A DNA stretch of 63,762 nucleotides, filler included, from Intoshia linei (Eukaryota > Animalia > Orthonectida), in assembly GCA_001642005.1 (NCBI GenBank). It is 8 parts of 8 records of this genome, joined end to end, with 100 filler letters (N's around TTAATTAATTAA, not from the genome) between each part and the next. Parts side by side here need not be neighbours in the genome. Positions count along the whole stretch, not along the records: positions 13,591 to 33,415 come from LWCA01000720.1; 7 more parts are not named here. One strand, given 5' to 3'. Numbering within the stretch: the stretch's first letter is position 1; each line of letters starts with the position of its first letter. Under the pieces are notes generated by a model, which had not been told where the DNA came from, ran no database searches, and saw only the letters and a program-made list of their open reading frames with translations. The translations under genes and the position numbers were made by a program. Shown one piece after another: positions 13,491 through 28,700 of this stretch.

Positions 13491-13590
13491 NNNNNNNNNN
13501 NNNNNNNNNNNNNNNNNNNNNNNNNNNNNNNNNNTTAATTAATTAANNNNNNNNNNNNNNNNNNNNNNNNNNNNNNNNNNNNNNNNNNNN
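13491..13590. other. Artificial contig spacer
   Basis: 44 N + TTAATTAATTAA (stop in all six frames) + 44 N. Confidence 0.97.
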
Positions 13591-13784
13591 TGAAATTTTT
13601 TATGTGTGTTAACATGATACAACTCTACCACCTGTAAATTTTTTCTGAATTAATCTAAATTAATCTGACTAAATTTGACGGTGCGGCTTTATCAATTTCA
13701 AATTATTGGAATGTGGCCTTATATATGAAATGGGTTCCCCATCCCTGGTTTAATTAATTCAACATAAATAAAAGCAATATTTAG

Positions 13785-16700
13785 ACAACTAAAAAACAAC
13801 AAAATTGATACAATTCACGAATATGCTTTTGAAAACGCTAAAATAACATATGATATAACTTTTACTGGAAACCCAATTGTAAATATTAAACAATATGCAT
13901 TTAAAGGTGCATCTGCAAGGTACATTAAAATAGAATATTGAATGATTATTTTTAGAGATTTATATTTAAAAAATTTAAATATTGTTAATCTGGATAAATA
14001 TGCATTTTCAGACTTGAAAATAACGCGAAATTTTCACTTCCAATCTGGTAAATTGCAAAATATTGGAATTGGTGCATTTCAAAACATGATAGTTTCCGAA
14101 AAATTGTAATTATTAATTTATAAAAATCACTTATAAATAATACCACATTTTAGATATATGCAATCTAATAAAATATCAACAATCAAAGAATCTGTATTTA
14201 TAAACGCAAATATAAATGATGCAGATTTGTCAAATAATCTCATATCAAATATTGCATCAGATGGATTTACGGGAAGCACATTCACTATTTTACGTCTCAA
14301 TAATAATGAATTTGAAGCTATCCCAGGGAATGCTTTAATTAACTCTGCCATTAATACAGAACTGTAATATAAGTTTTTTAGAAAATTATAAATGTGTTTA
14401 AATTTTAGATTTCTTTCATATTGTAAAATTGTAATGGTTACAGACAATGCTTTTTGTAAAAAAGGTGCTTCCTGCAATAACAAAAAAATTCATCTTAATA
14501 ATAATTTAATTACATTCATTTCTAAGAATGCATTCAGTGGTCTCAATCTAATGACTGATTTGTAACTTTAGTTATATTACTACATTTTATTAATATTATT
14601 AATATACATGTTTAATTATTTTATTGTGATATTTTCATTTATCAATTTCTTCTGAGTACATGTATTAATAACAATGCAATACATTCAATGTATTAATATT
14701 TATTTTTATATATTAGAAAATTGAATAACAACAAATTAGTCAATATTTATGGAGCTTCTTTTAATACATTACCTAAATTGAAAAAATTATTTTTATCAAA
14801 TAATTTAATCGTATTTTTTCCGGCAGTATATACCTCTACGATTATTGGAGAAATTGATTTAACAAATTGCCCAGTAGAGTCACTTGAAATAGCAATAATT
14901 AGTGGAACTTTAACTAAACTGTAATATAAACATTATTAAAAAATTTAATATACATACAATAATGTACATGATACATATACAATGTACGTATATTGAAGAG
15001 TATGGAAGACTAAAAAAATAATCGTAATTTTGTTTATTTTTTTAACGCATCAGAAAAACCACCACAAAGGGGGAATGGGTCCACAGCAAATCAGAACAAC
15101 TGTGTATAAGGTATCCTTATTAAGGATGTTACATTAATACAAGACTGAAATATATATTAAATATTTTTAATTAAACTTGCTACATATTACATTAGAATAA
15201 TAACAAGTATTTTACATTGTGATTGTCATTTATACAAAATGTTGAAAGGAAAATTTAACCCACAATGTCAAGTCAATTCTTTCTCTAGTAAAGTTGTTGA
15301 TCAATTGAATAAAATTAAAAAAGTCAACTTCTTCTGCAGTATGTATTTACATTATTATATAAACTCTTTCACTGTCTGAAATATTCATTTTTATTTGAAC
15401 TCGCATAATTTTATATTTGTTACTACATCTATTATAATTCTCATGTGATACTATCAAAATATACTGAGTTATATATGATATTGATGACATGTATGTAATA
15501 AGTGAGTTTTTTAAATTTACCTTGCTATAGCATGACATACAAGGACAGTGAAAGGGTTAAAAACAATCTTACCCGGTACGTAGTGTGTACAAAGAGTGGA
15601 TAGATTAGTATATAGTTTTACAAGGTAAATGTATTAACATGTAAAGTTAACTAACAAGAAAATAAATTAAACTAAAGTAAAGTGGTTTCTGCCTAATATG
15701 AATGCCAAAAGATTAGATTAAGTATTTAACCTGATGATTTAGTATAATTTAGCAATGTTACCAAACATTGAAATAAATCTCAAAAGTATACTAATAAAGT
15801 TATACTTAAGTTGATTCTAAACTTTTTTTTTAAAAATGAGAAATTGCATAGTAATGATAAAAAACAGAAGGAATCAATTAATCCGATTAAAATTCATATT
15901 TCTGTATTTCAAATATGTATACAGTCACTTTCCATTTTTTTTTTGAAATTGTAGGATAAATATTTAAGTTTCGTTATATATTTTAATTCAAAAAACTGAA
16001 AAATATTGATTGATAATATATCAATAGTTATTTTTTACTTGGAAGGCGTAGATTTCTGACATTAAAATTTTGTATCTAGATCAACTGGAATAAGCTGTAT
16101 CAAAATAAAATTTTTTAAATTATAGGACTTTGTTATTCAATGATTTTTGTTTATATAAAATTGTTACCAAATAAAAAGAAATGAATACCAAAGTGTTTTT
16201 TTGCCCGTGAAAGTTTCAATTTGTGAGATTAATTTTTTTTGTGTGTGTTAATTGGATATAACTGTATGCTCTGAATATTTTTTTCAAATAGTAGGACTAT
16301 TTTCATTTTTTAAAATAAGCGCTATTTGTTGTTTTGATCGTGAAAATAAAATTTTTGGAAGTTGAGATTTATGATGATGCTTATGATTTTAAAAAATATC
16401 CTCGAATGTATATTTTATACAATTCTAGGACTTTTTTGTTTTTTAAAAAATAGGTAATTTGGAATTTCGGCCATAAAGATGTACTGTTCTGAAGCTGACA
16501 TTTACTATGATGTTAATGATTTTAAAACGCGTCATAGAATTTATGTTTTTTTAAATTCTAGAGCTAATTTTATATTTAAAAAATAGTTAAGTTGGGTTTT
16601 TGCGTCTGAAGGACTGAATTTCGAAAAATGATATTAGCGATATTATATCACTCGTGGAAAACTGTATTAGAAATTGGGTTTTTATAAATTCTAGGACTGT

Positions 16701-19700
16701 TAATTTTTAAAATAAACGGTAAAAACACACATTCAATCCCGACTTATTTACAATTGAATATCTGTATGCGTGTCTGTGACGTCTTCATGTGCCTGGATTT
16801 ATTGTTATGATATTAAAATATTAGGTCAGAACCATGTGACCCCTAGCCCCTTCTTTTCACGGTCCTTGTTTTGTGTACTGATAGTAAATATCCTTATAAT
16901 AAACGCTTATCTAAATGTAGCTGTATACGTTTTGTGTGTGAGCAACGGTAGGTAAAAATTTTCCAAGTTTTTTGCATAACGTTTGTCATAATTCGAGTCA
17001 CTGGATATACCATCTGATTAAATTTCAATGTAGTATTATTTATTATTATTTATTTTCTAAATGTTAAATGTAATTAATTAATTACTAAATGTAATATTAG
17101 GCAGCCCATCAGTAACAACTAGTGGTACAGGAACATCAATACAATTTACATTGTCAAAATTAACAGAATATAGCCCAGATGTCAATATTGTATCTTATGC
17201 TATGCTAAATACTTGGTAACTATATTTCTTTTTTTATTTATATCATTTACATGAATTTTTAAATTATAAATATGAAAATAGGATGTATTACATTCTATGC
17301 ACAAGTCCTGGTGAATCTAATATAGAAAAACTAGTAGAATTAGATACCGTTTCCAATGTCTTTACTACTACAATTAACTTAAACCTCGGTCGGACATATT
17401 ATTGTCGTAATCGTGTGGTTATGACCGACGGTGATAGTGAATTAAGCTATCCCACGATTGTGACAACCTCCCGTACTGGTAAATTTTAATTTTTAAACCA
17501 AAATTCTCAACGCATGAGCTTGCCAAAATGTGTGTCACTGAAAGAATGTCAACTGCGGTCTGACAAGAAATGTTTTCAACTTTTCAAAAATTTAAATTTA
17601 ACTAGATAAAAGTCAATATATAACATTTACATTTTATTTATCTAGCTTGGACTAATCCAACTAAAGATGTCGCAATTGTAGGAAAGTTGCACATATTTAA
17701 TCCTAATGTTTTTGAATTTTCTGAAAATATTGTGAAATATGACATGTATAAAACAAACTTACAACATACTGTATCAGAGTTTGGATCATATGTTTCATCT
17801 GATGGTATTACAACAAAAAAATGGTTTGAAACTCAAACAAATACGCAGTATACGGCAGATGGTGATATTAGTTATCAAGCTTATAATTTAAATTTAATCA
17901 AAAAATCTACAAATGTTTATGAGTAAATTTTATTTAATTATTTAAACCGATATAACATTGTATAATGATCATTGATCATACATTATACAGTATTCTCTCT
18001 TTATTTCGCCAATGTTGTGGTTTTACATCATTATAAAATGGAAATAGTAACTATATAAATCATATATCACAGATTGTTATTATAGACATTGTTTCATAAC
18101 TTGGTATTCTATTAATAAAAATTATTTTTCAAAAAATGTGTTATTGTCTATATAGAGGAGTGATGAATCACGAAATTTACAAATTGTAGAGAGAAAACAG
18201 TGATAATATGGTATATGTCTATGATAATTGGACTTTAATTAGTGTAACCAAAAAAATACGTACTATCAATTTTAGTTTATTTGGAATAAATTTTAAGCCG
18301 AAAATTTATATTCGTCATCATAGATAAATAGTTTTGGCTTTACATTTATTATCAAATAAACTAAAATTGATAGTACGTATTTTTTCTGGCCACTTTACTT
18401 TATGTATAAATAAATTAATTTTTAAATAGATACTCATCAAATTCATTTTATCCCGCGGACACAGCTGTGGTACCGCAAATACAATATTGTCCGGGAGTAC
18501 ACAGAAATTTAGGGTAATAAAATTTGTAAAATTAGTCAATAAGTTGACAATTCGTTAGTATATTGCATCCGATTTATATTTTCGAAGGGGTCGATAAAAG
18601 AAGTAAAAATCCATTCAAATAAAACTAACGTTTAAAATCAATCAAGTTTATTAAAATTAACTTTAATATAAACAACAAGTTCACATTATTTTAGTAGTTT
18701 TTGGACGGGCCATAACCGAGATTATAAAATAGAAAATTCGTATACGATGATGTATTTTAGATTTACATTGAAATTAATAACTGGAATTGTTTACAATAAT
18801 GAAGGGACAATAACGTTAGGTGGCGGAAATGAAATGTGGATATATATTAATAACATATTAATTTATGAGAAAATTACGAATTCTCCAGATACTGCTCAAA
18901 GATGTGTTCAAATTGATTTATCTACTTCTGGTATATTTTAATATATTTTATGTGTGGGTCATTATATTCAACGTTACAATATCAATAAAAATTGAAATAT
19001 AATTTCCATAATATTCAATTTGAAAGTGTGTAAAAAGTTTACCTGATATTTTCATCTATTCAAGCACCTACCAAAAGTTTCATATGAAATATGACCTGCG
19101 TTAAATATTATAGGATGGGGTGTCCGCCATAACAGTAATTTAATGTTCCATGTTAGATGGAATTAGGTGTATTTTCTAAAGGCAGGTTTTTCACATTGGT
19201 GTTTGAAAATGATTGATGTAATGGCTCTTTTAAGTATTTTTTTATTTATCGATATAAAATTTCACTAAATTTATATTAGATGTCACAATAATACAAGGTT
19301 TGCTGGATAATAACGTTTGTACGCTAAACCAAGGAGCTGGATCACCCGTCACTATAAATTTATCGGTGATAATCATTGTTTTGATTTTATATAATGTGTT
19401 GGTCCACAGTTCGACCGCGATGTTAATTTTACAAAGGGGGGCAAATTAATTCGTCTAAATTTGAAAAAAAGGATGAGTTTAAAACCTTTCGAATTGTAAA
19501 ATGCAAAATTCAAGTCCATTGAACAATATATGTTTAATATATTGATTAGACGAAAGTAGAATCTGGAAGTATTGACCGGCTTACGGCTCTACAATTGTCC
19601 ATTATGTATTATTTTCAAAAATACGTTGCAGTTAGATATTATACCATTTCAAAATTACCATTATCATATTTTTGATCTCAATTTGCATAAAAGCGCTAGT

Positions 19701-22700
19701 GTTGTATTTTGTTACCCTAATAAACATCTTAATCTTTTACTGTATATATTTTTTATAGTATTATGGATACATTTTAGATAAACCTGATATATAAATTGGA
19801 AATATTTTCATCTTATAGATTCGGTTGTAAATCTCAAATTTATATGAAAACTGACAAAATTAAATTTTCAAATTTGTTTGATACAGATTACAAGCCATTA
19901 TACGTTTCAATGGCTGAAAATATAGAATACAAAACCGAATTTTTAACGTTTAAATATCCGACGACAATAATCAATGATGGTCAAAGTGGTGTTTTGTCGA
20001 TATTAGAAGGTTATAATATTATGTAATAAACATTATTAATAGAAAACAATAATAAGTAGTTATTATAGAAGTACGGTCAAATCTGTATAATCTGCACATC
20101 ATGTACAATTTAAAGTGATCACTGATCAGATTTAATAAGTACTATCACTTTTAGTTTATTTGGAATAAATTTTAAACGGAAAATTTTTGTTCGTCATCAT
20201 AGATAAGTAGTTTTAGCTTTACATTTAAAACCAAATAAACTAAAATTGATAGTAAATATTTTTTCTGGCCACTTTAATTTATGTAATAATGTAGGTAATA
20301 TATGTTCTCATAGTTACTATATAATTGAAATCTTTAATTTGAACATTGTAAATGACATTATAGATAATCCTTCATTAGAGAGAATAAATTTAAAAATAAA
20401 ATTAAAAAAATTAAAATCCTAAAATCAATCATAAATAACATAAATTTCATAAAAAATAAAATTCAAAAAACTTGTAATAATAATGTGATGAATATTGAGT
20501 AACTGCTTTCGATAAGTAAAAAAATATTATTTATCAATAAATAAAGGATTCAGCACATTTAAAAACATATTTTGGGATAATCTTCCAACATTGAAATAAA
20601 TCTAAATATGAGAAAGTAACAAAAAATATAGTGCATTTGATTTTAAACCTCAAAATAAGAAACTACTTAGTAATGATAAAAAAATAAAAGGAATTAATTT
20701 ATGAGACTGAAACTCATATTTCTGTATTTAATACATAATAGTTATCAAACATTTTTTATACATCAAGAAGGAGAATATCTATTATATGTAATAAATACAC
20801 TGATTTTAATAATTAACTACAGTGGCCATTTAATCAATCCGTATGAAAAAAACAACATTTTCTAAATTTGAGCTTTTTTATTTTTTATCGGATATTATCG
20901 TTAAAAATTAGACATAGATTTTGCGGATCACGTGATCCATGCGGCACTTGGGATACGACACCACTGTCGATATGTAAAGATGTCATTAATATTGTTTTAG
21001 ATACAAAAAATATTGTTACATTACAAGTTGAAACTAAGGTTATACCTACACCCACAGTGGAAAAAACTGTTACAATTAATGGATATTCAACTAAAGTTGT
21101 AGGTAAAATTAAAAGATTAACTCAAAGGTTCCAAAACTTCTCATAATGGATTCCAATTAAATTATTGGGATATCCTACAGTTTTTAGTCAATTTCAAATA
21201 TTCAATTTTTTAAAATTTTTTTGAGGGCCAGTAAATTTTTCATAAACACCGATGTTCGCTTTTGGACGTGGATTTGAACCCAATACATTAAATAGTTAAT
21301 TCATTGTTAATATTTTGTAATAATACATTCATTATGCCATAGATTGTGACAATTTACCTACACCTCCTACTGTAACATTACCAGCTCGAATCACGACATT
21401 GAATGTTGATACTGCAAATACATATGCTCTTTCTTTGTATACTAAACCAAATTATGAAATTGATCAATTTTTAATTTTAAAATTTAAATTGATACGCAAT
21501 TCTGATGGTAAAATTGGTGGATGCGTGTTACAAGTAATATTCATTCACACCCAATGTACATTATTGTATATTATAATTTATGATAAATGATAAATATTAT
21601 ATTGTAGATTTCTGTTACAAACAATAATGACAATTGTCCAATAATTCAAAACATTGCTGATGTATTACTGTCACCATCTTTAAATGTGGCCAGTGTAGCA
21701 ACCCTTGTTGCTACAGATGCTGATAAGGATACGTTTAACGTTTTGAAATATTATCACTTATCTTATGTTATAGAGTAATTTTATGATTATTTTTAATAAG
21801 AAAACTCATTTATTTATTTTTAGTCCAACCATAAGTTCCAGATATAATGCAGAAATGAATATAATTGAACAAGTGTTTCCTTTTACTAGTTCAATTACTA
21901 CAAAATTTATTGTTGTAGACTCTGGAATTCCTCCTCGAGCATCAACTAAATCTTTTAAATTTATAATTAGTAATACTTGTGTTGTCAATAATTTACTTGA
22001 ACTCACTCCATTGGCACCGGAAATTAATGAAAACAGTGGAAAAATATTTTTCAAAATTCCGGGCAGTTATATTAAAAATTTTGGTAATATATTTGCATGT
22101 GTTGTTACTTTTTAATATATTTTATTTTTAGCTTGTGACAGAAATTTGGGTTTGGAGAAGGGTTATATATTGGATTCTCAATTATCAGCATCATCTTCCA
22201 ACACTGACAGTCCACCACCAAGGGTTAGATTAAACGAAGTTAAAGGTAATTTAATGTTACAAATAAAACGTGGTATAATTTTATTATTTTAGATACCTTT
22301 AGTGGGCTTAGTGCTGGGTGGTCACCTATTACTGCACAATCGTCTGGTTCGTGGTTTTTAGTTACATTCTCTGTGAATTATCAAATAACAAAGATAATGG
22401 TTCAAGGAAGAAGTGATTTAACCGATTCATGGATAAAAACGTTTTCACTTTCATATGGAACCGACATTTCTAATTTAATAAAAATTAAAAATGGTTTAGT
22501 AGATAAGGTACCATGTTTACATTTTTATATTATTACTAATTTTTTGTATATGAGAGAATCCATATTTATTTACAACTAGCTTATTTTGTAAAGTCAAGTC
22601 TTTATTTGTATCCATTTACACATTTTACTAAAAATTGATTTGAGATGAAATTACTGCGAGCAGAATTAATATAAGCAAAAGTAGATTATTATAATTGATG

Positions 22701-25700
22701 ATAAAACCCTCACAATAAATGTGTCCTGTCCCAGAATATGTTTTTTTAAAGTAATTGTTACATACGGACAGACAAATAGACATAAATTGACATTTAAGTA
22801 AGGAATATTTTAGTACTTATCAATGCATACATTTCCAATTTATATAATTTTTTTTAAGATATTTACAGCGAATATTGATAAAGACTCAGTGGTAACAATA
22901 TCTTTAGGAACACCTATAATCACCAAATATGTAAAAATTTGGCCTTTGACATGGAAAAACACAATTGGTTTACGATTAGAATTGATTGGATGTACATCTA
23001 CAGAAGTCGATTACTGTAATATTCATGTTTAAAAATAAAATAAATTGTACGTAGATAAGATTTCATGTATTCGATGTGAAACTGGATTTGCATGCCCTGG
23101 AGATGGTACCAGAATTCAGTGCACAGGAAATGAGTATACATTTGGACATTCAACAAGTTGCTTAACGTGTTTGCTTGGATGGGTATGTTTAATCATTTTA
23201 GTTCAGTATATATCAATATGGATCTTTGAAGTTATTCACACTCATAAACCCAATTTAAATATTCTTAAATGGAATATTATTTAGAATTTTATGAAGCTTG
23301 TATATTATAATATTATACGATTAGATACAGATGCAGTGTAATCATTACTGACGAGTAATTCCGATAAGTTTATTTAAATTAAATATGCCCAATCTGGATT
23401 TTAACTAATCTCATAGAAACCAATTACTTGTATGCTATAATATATGATAATATGATAATATGCTACGCGATTTTTGTTTGTGTGTGTGTGTCTCCTACTT
23501 TATTTAAATAACTAACTAAATTTCACATGCATTTTATAAACAAATTTCATTCAAAATTTCAGTAATATTAAATATCGTCTGAATTATGAAATGGTTTTTT
23601 TTGCAATTTGATCATTCTTGGTTTATCTGCTACGATGCAATTTAAAATGGAATTATTCGACGTTATCATATATCCATTCATTTAGAGTTGTGCAAACGGA
23701 ATAGCTAAAAAATGTGGAAAAGGTCAAATTAGTGAATGTGTTGGTACCGGTTGTAGCAACGTGTGCAAGAATTGTCTAGACGGGTATGCCTGCAATGGTG
23801 GTATATCAACTAAATGTTCACCTGGTACTTATTCGTCTACAACGAGGGGTAATGAATACAATTGAGATAACTGTTTTTATACTATTAAAGTACCTAACAA
23901 AAATTTTTAGATGAATGTATTCCTTGTAAAGCGGGTACATTCCAGTCATTGGAAGGTAAAAAATTATGCAATGCATGTGATAATGGACATTTTTCGATAA
24001 CGGGTAGCATAAAATGTTCATCCTGTCCTAGTGGTCAATACGCATCAGCCAATAAAGATTCGTGTTTGCTTTGCAATACACCATGCTCTTGTAACTCTGA
24101 TCCTTGCTTCAATAAGAATGTAATTTGTGTCAATATTGGCACAAGTAGTCATGTCTGTGTTGCCTGCCCCGATGGCTATAGTATATCTGGTTCTACATGC
24201 ATTGACATAGATGAAGTAATTTTAATAAATACATATTCAATTTAAACTGTATACATTTCCTATTAAAAATTTAGTGTACAGTGAATTCACCTTGTAAACA
24301 AGCAAATCTATGCATAAATAGAATACCTGGTTATCAATGTTTGACTTGTCCCAAAGGATATTCCGGGACATTTGAGGATGGTTCTACATTTACGCAAAGA
24401 AGAGTTTTTGTATATTCAAATACTGTATTAGATACGTTAAATAGCCTTCAAACATGTGTTGATGTCAATGAATGCACCGCAAATAGTCATAATTGTAAAG
24501 CAAATATAATTTGCCTAAATAGTGAAGTAATTATTAAATAAATGGATTTATTTAATTTTGTAAAACTGACCCCCTCTGTTCTATGTCAAATCACACATTT
24601 TTTAAATAATGGTTTTATATTCAATTAAGTTGACTTTTATGTACAACGTACAAACAGCACCTAGCCTTGTCGAGGGCGGACTTTTTTAATTCTACCAAAA
24701 AATAAATTCAATAATAAAATCTTCATAAGAATGATACTATTCACCATTTTCAATCCTTTAAAATTGTAATTGTCAAACTTGTTTCACCACGGACCGATCA
24801 TTTCACAATATCTTTTAATTTAAATTGAATTAATCCTACTTAATTTTATTTGGTTAACATTACTGTAATTAGTTTTATGAACAAATTAGGTATTTATTTT
24901 TTAAATTTATTAGAGAGAATGAGTTTATTATTTTATAAATAAAGTAAAAATAGTACCATTACGATATTAGTAACATTAGGATAATTACTAATTAAATTCT
25001 ACACATAACTATACCCTATTTATAGTTTATTTTAAAATATTATAAATATTTTAGGGTTCTTATACATGTAGCTCTTGTAAAAAGGGATATATTGGCGATA
25101 ATATTCATGGATGCATAAAATATGGTCGAGTATTATGTGAGCAACATCAAATTGATTCTTGTGATACAAATGCAGAATGTATACCGTTTGATGTATCATT
25201 ATTTACATGCCAGGTAAATTTGATTAATAAGCGATTATTTATTTTTTAGTGTAAAGTTGGTTATACAGGGGATGGTTACAAGTGTGGATTGGATACTGAT
25301 TTAGATGGTATACCTGATGAAAATATAAATTGTTATACGTCAGCTTGTAATAAGGTTATTCAATTTAATAATTATATGGGGCTTATATCTACACTATAGA
25401 AAAACATCTACCTAGTTAGTGTGGCCAGAAAAAAGACGTACTATCACTTTTAGTTTATTTGGAATAAATTTTAAGCCGAAAATTTTTATTCGTCATCATT
25501 AATAAGTAGTTTTCGCTTTACATTTATTATCAAATAAATAGTCATATCACATTACTTTTTACTTTAAAGTGAATTATTCCATCTTAATTTTGTTTGGAAC
25601 ATTTGCGTAAAAAATTTTAAAATCAATTGCTATCCCATTTTTTTAATTTATTAGACAGAATGTGTTTATAATATTAAAAATAAAGTAAAAACAGTCCAAT

Positions 25701-28700
25701 TCTAAAAATTGTCATAAATAGCATAAATTCCAAAAAAAATAAAATTATAAAAACCTATTTTGTCATTTTCAATGTGATGTCATATATTCAGTACCAATTT
25801 AATAAATACTTAAAAATACCAATTTTGTATCAATAATTAACTGAATCTTCACTTTATAAACATTTCAGTCGAATTTTAACATTATTGCAAAGGATTGTAA
25901 TATAAAAATGATATTAACAAAGTTTTTTTAGTTTTGTTGTTTATTTTTAATTTAAATTTGAATGTTTTAATAAAAATTATTTGAAAATGAAAATTTGAAA
26001 TTTAAAAATTGCATAGCAATGAAAAAAATTCCGAAGGAATGAATTATGTACATTTTCACCCATATGTCTTTATTGGAAATGTGTAGACGTACAATGCACA
26101 TTTTTATTGAAATTGTAGGATTAATATTTACATTTTCATATTTTGATTTTAATCCAAATATTTGAAAAATATTGGTTGATAATACATTAAAAGAATATAT
26201 ATTAATAATATATTAGAAGATATAATTTTTTTAAATTTAAATTTATTATAACGTTTATGATTTTCAAAAAAAGGGACAACAGGGGATTTTGATCCGTAAG
26301 ATGTTAAATTGGGAGGTTGAAATTTATCTTATTATACGTCCCGGAAAAAACTGTAATTAAAATGATGTTTTTAAAAAATTCTAAGAGTGGTAGTTATTTC
26401 ATTAAAATCACACACAAGCAAAAATCGCGTAGCAATTTATATGAGTTAGGATAATAGTACCGATAATTAATTAAAAATGTTGACATGTTCGGGTCAAAAA
26501 CGGATAATGTCGAACCGGGCTTGAATAAAATGGAGTTAATGAGAAATGCAAATTAACAGCATAGTCTGTTCATAAAATATAATTTTTTTATAGGATAATC
26601 AAATTAATATACCCAATTCCGATCAAGATGACAACGATAGTGATTCACTTGGAGATGCAGATTTGGATGTTGATGATGATAACGATTCTGTTGAAGATTT
26701 GAAGGTAACTCTTTCAATCTTTGATAATATCAGATTGTATGCCTTGTATGTGAATGAACTTAAATCTGAGTAGTTTTAATATGTAAGAAAATTTTGATTA
26801 TTCATATCTTCATATTTTGGAGTTTAAGGGTTAATAATAGAAAAATATAAAAAAATTAAATTTAAATGAAATTTGAAGATCCATACTGCGAAACTTTTTG
26901 AATAATTTATAAAAAAATCAAATTATTATTTTAGCATATGTTAACTTAAATATGCTCACGGTTTTATATAATTCCTCAAATTTGTACTATTGTTTTTATT
27001 ATAACATTCAACGCCGGCCAATGTTGAATCACTATAAGAAAATGAATAAATGTTACTTTTTAGATATAAAATAAACTTTATAAGATACATTGACGTTACA
27101 TTTAAGTCTATTTAATGTATCTCAATGGCGAGTTGTATATTACGTACATTCGTGACAAATCCATACCAAATTGAATTATAAAAATGTTATGGTGGAGTGA
27201 GTATTGAATTAACAGTTAAAAAATTCACCACTAATATTTCCAGGGAAATGTAAAAAAATAAAATGTTTTAAATTCTAGGTATCATATTTTCATTATTGTT
27301 TCAGTTTAAATAAGTTACAAAACAGGTTTTTCAGGCATAATAGAACTACATTGGATTATTCTTATATTAACCGATACTGACTTGGTATTATATTTTTCGT
27401 AGAAACTTATAAATGAATGTTTGATGTTTATCGATTAACATAATTAAAAATACACCATTTTACATACACCTATAATGTATATTGCATAGGACAATTGTAA
27501 ATTGGTACCAAATTACGATCAAAAGGATGATGATTCAGATGGTATTGGTAATGTTTGTGATAATTGCTTAAGTGTTTCAAATTTCGAACAAATTGATACT
27601 GATGGTGACGGGAAGGGTGATTTATGCGACACTGACGACGATGATGACAGTAAAATTTAATTTTCATTTCCATATCAATTGAAAACTGTATTACTACAAT
27701 ATCCATTTAGCAATTTTGGACACTGCTGATAATTGTCCTTTAATTAAAAATGTTGACCAAAAAGATACAGATGTAGATACCATTGGTGATGCATGTGATA
27801 ATTGTGTAAATACAAAGAATGCCGATCAATTGGATACCAACTTTAACAATGTTGGTGATGCGTGTGATGTCTTGGACGGTTCAAAAGACAAGTAGGCATG
27901 TGTGAAATAACCTAATCCATGATTCTAGGGATTTTGATGGAATTTTAGACGATTCAGATAACTGTCCATCAGTAGCCAATAGTGATCAAGTAAATTTAGA
28001 CAGTGATGGATTTGGTATAATAAATTTAATATTAATATAAATTGCATTAGGTGATTTATGCGATGATGATATTGATAACGATGGTATAATTAATGTATTT
28101 GATACATGTCCTTATTATTCAAATGCCGGAAATCAAAAAGATTTAAATAGTAAATGAATTCTTGATTAATCCATTATTGCATATCAAAATTAATATTATA
28201 ATTAGTTGATGGATATGGAGACGAATGTGAAAGTGATTTTGACAAAGATGGTTTATTGAATAATTTGGATGCATATCCATTAAACAAATTACTATCCGTT
28301 TCATCATTTGAGAAATACACTTATGCAAGCTTTGAAGAAAATATGAACATGTACAAAGCGTACGATTGGATCTCGAGAGGAAAAGGACGATCAATTGTAT
28401 ATATTGGAGCTCCAAATAGAAATATTATAGGAGCACAAATCTATTCTCAAATGTGGAATGAAATTTTATATACAGGTACTCTATATACACCAAGTGGTGA
28501 AACAACTTTTGGGTCCATTGGATTTGTGTTTTCGTATCATTCAAATAGACGCTACTATTTGGTTGAATGGAAAGAAAAATACAGTCATTATGATGATAAT
28601 ACTCCAAAAGGTGGCATGAAAGGAATTCACATTAAAGTATATATATTCAAAATCATTTATATTTAAAACTAGTTGGTGAATTCAAACAGTGCTCCCTCAC

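Noticed and set aside
13535-13546. TTAATTAATTAA palindrome recurring seven times
   Set aside because: Synthetic stop linker within N runs.
24625-26451. Helitron 3' end at ~24625 and 5' end at 26451 enclosing two mega-TSP exons (apparent exon capture)
   Set aside because: The two pieces overlap in consensus (24800-24950 resembles 25540-25700), so they are independent copies in adjacent introns. The exons also fit the gene in phase.
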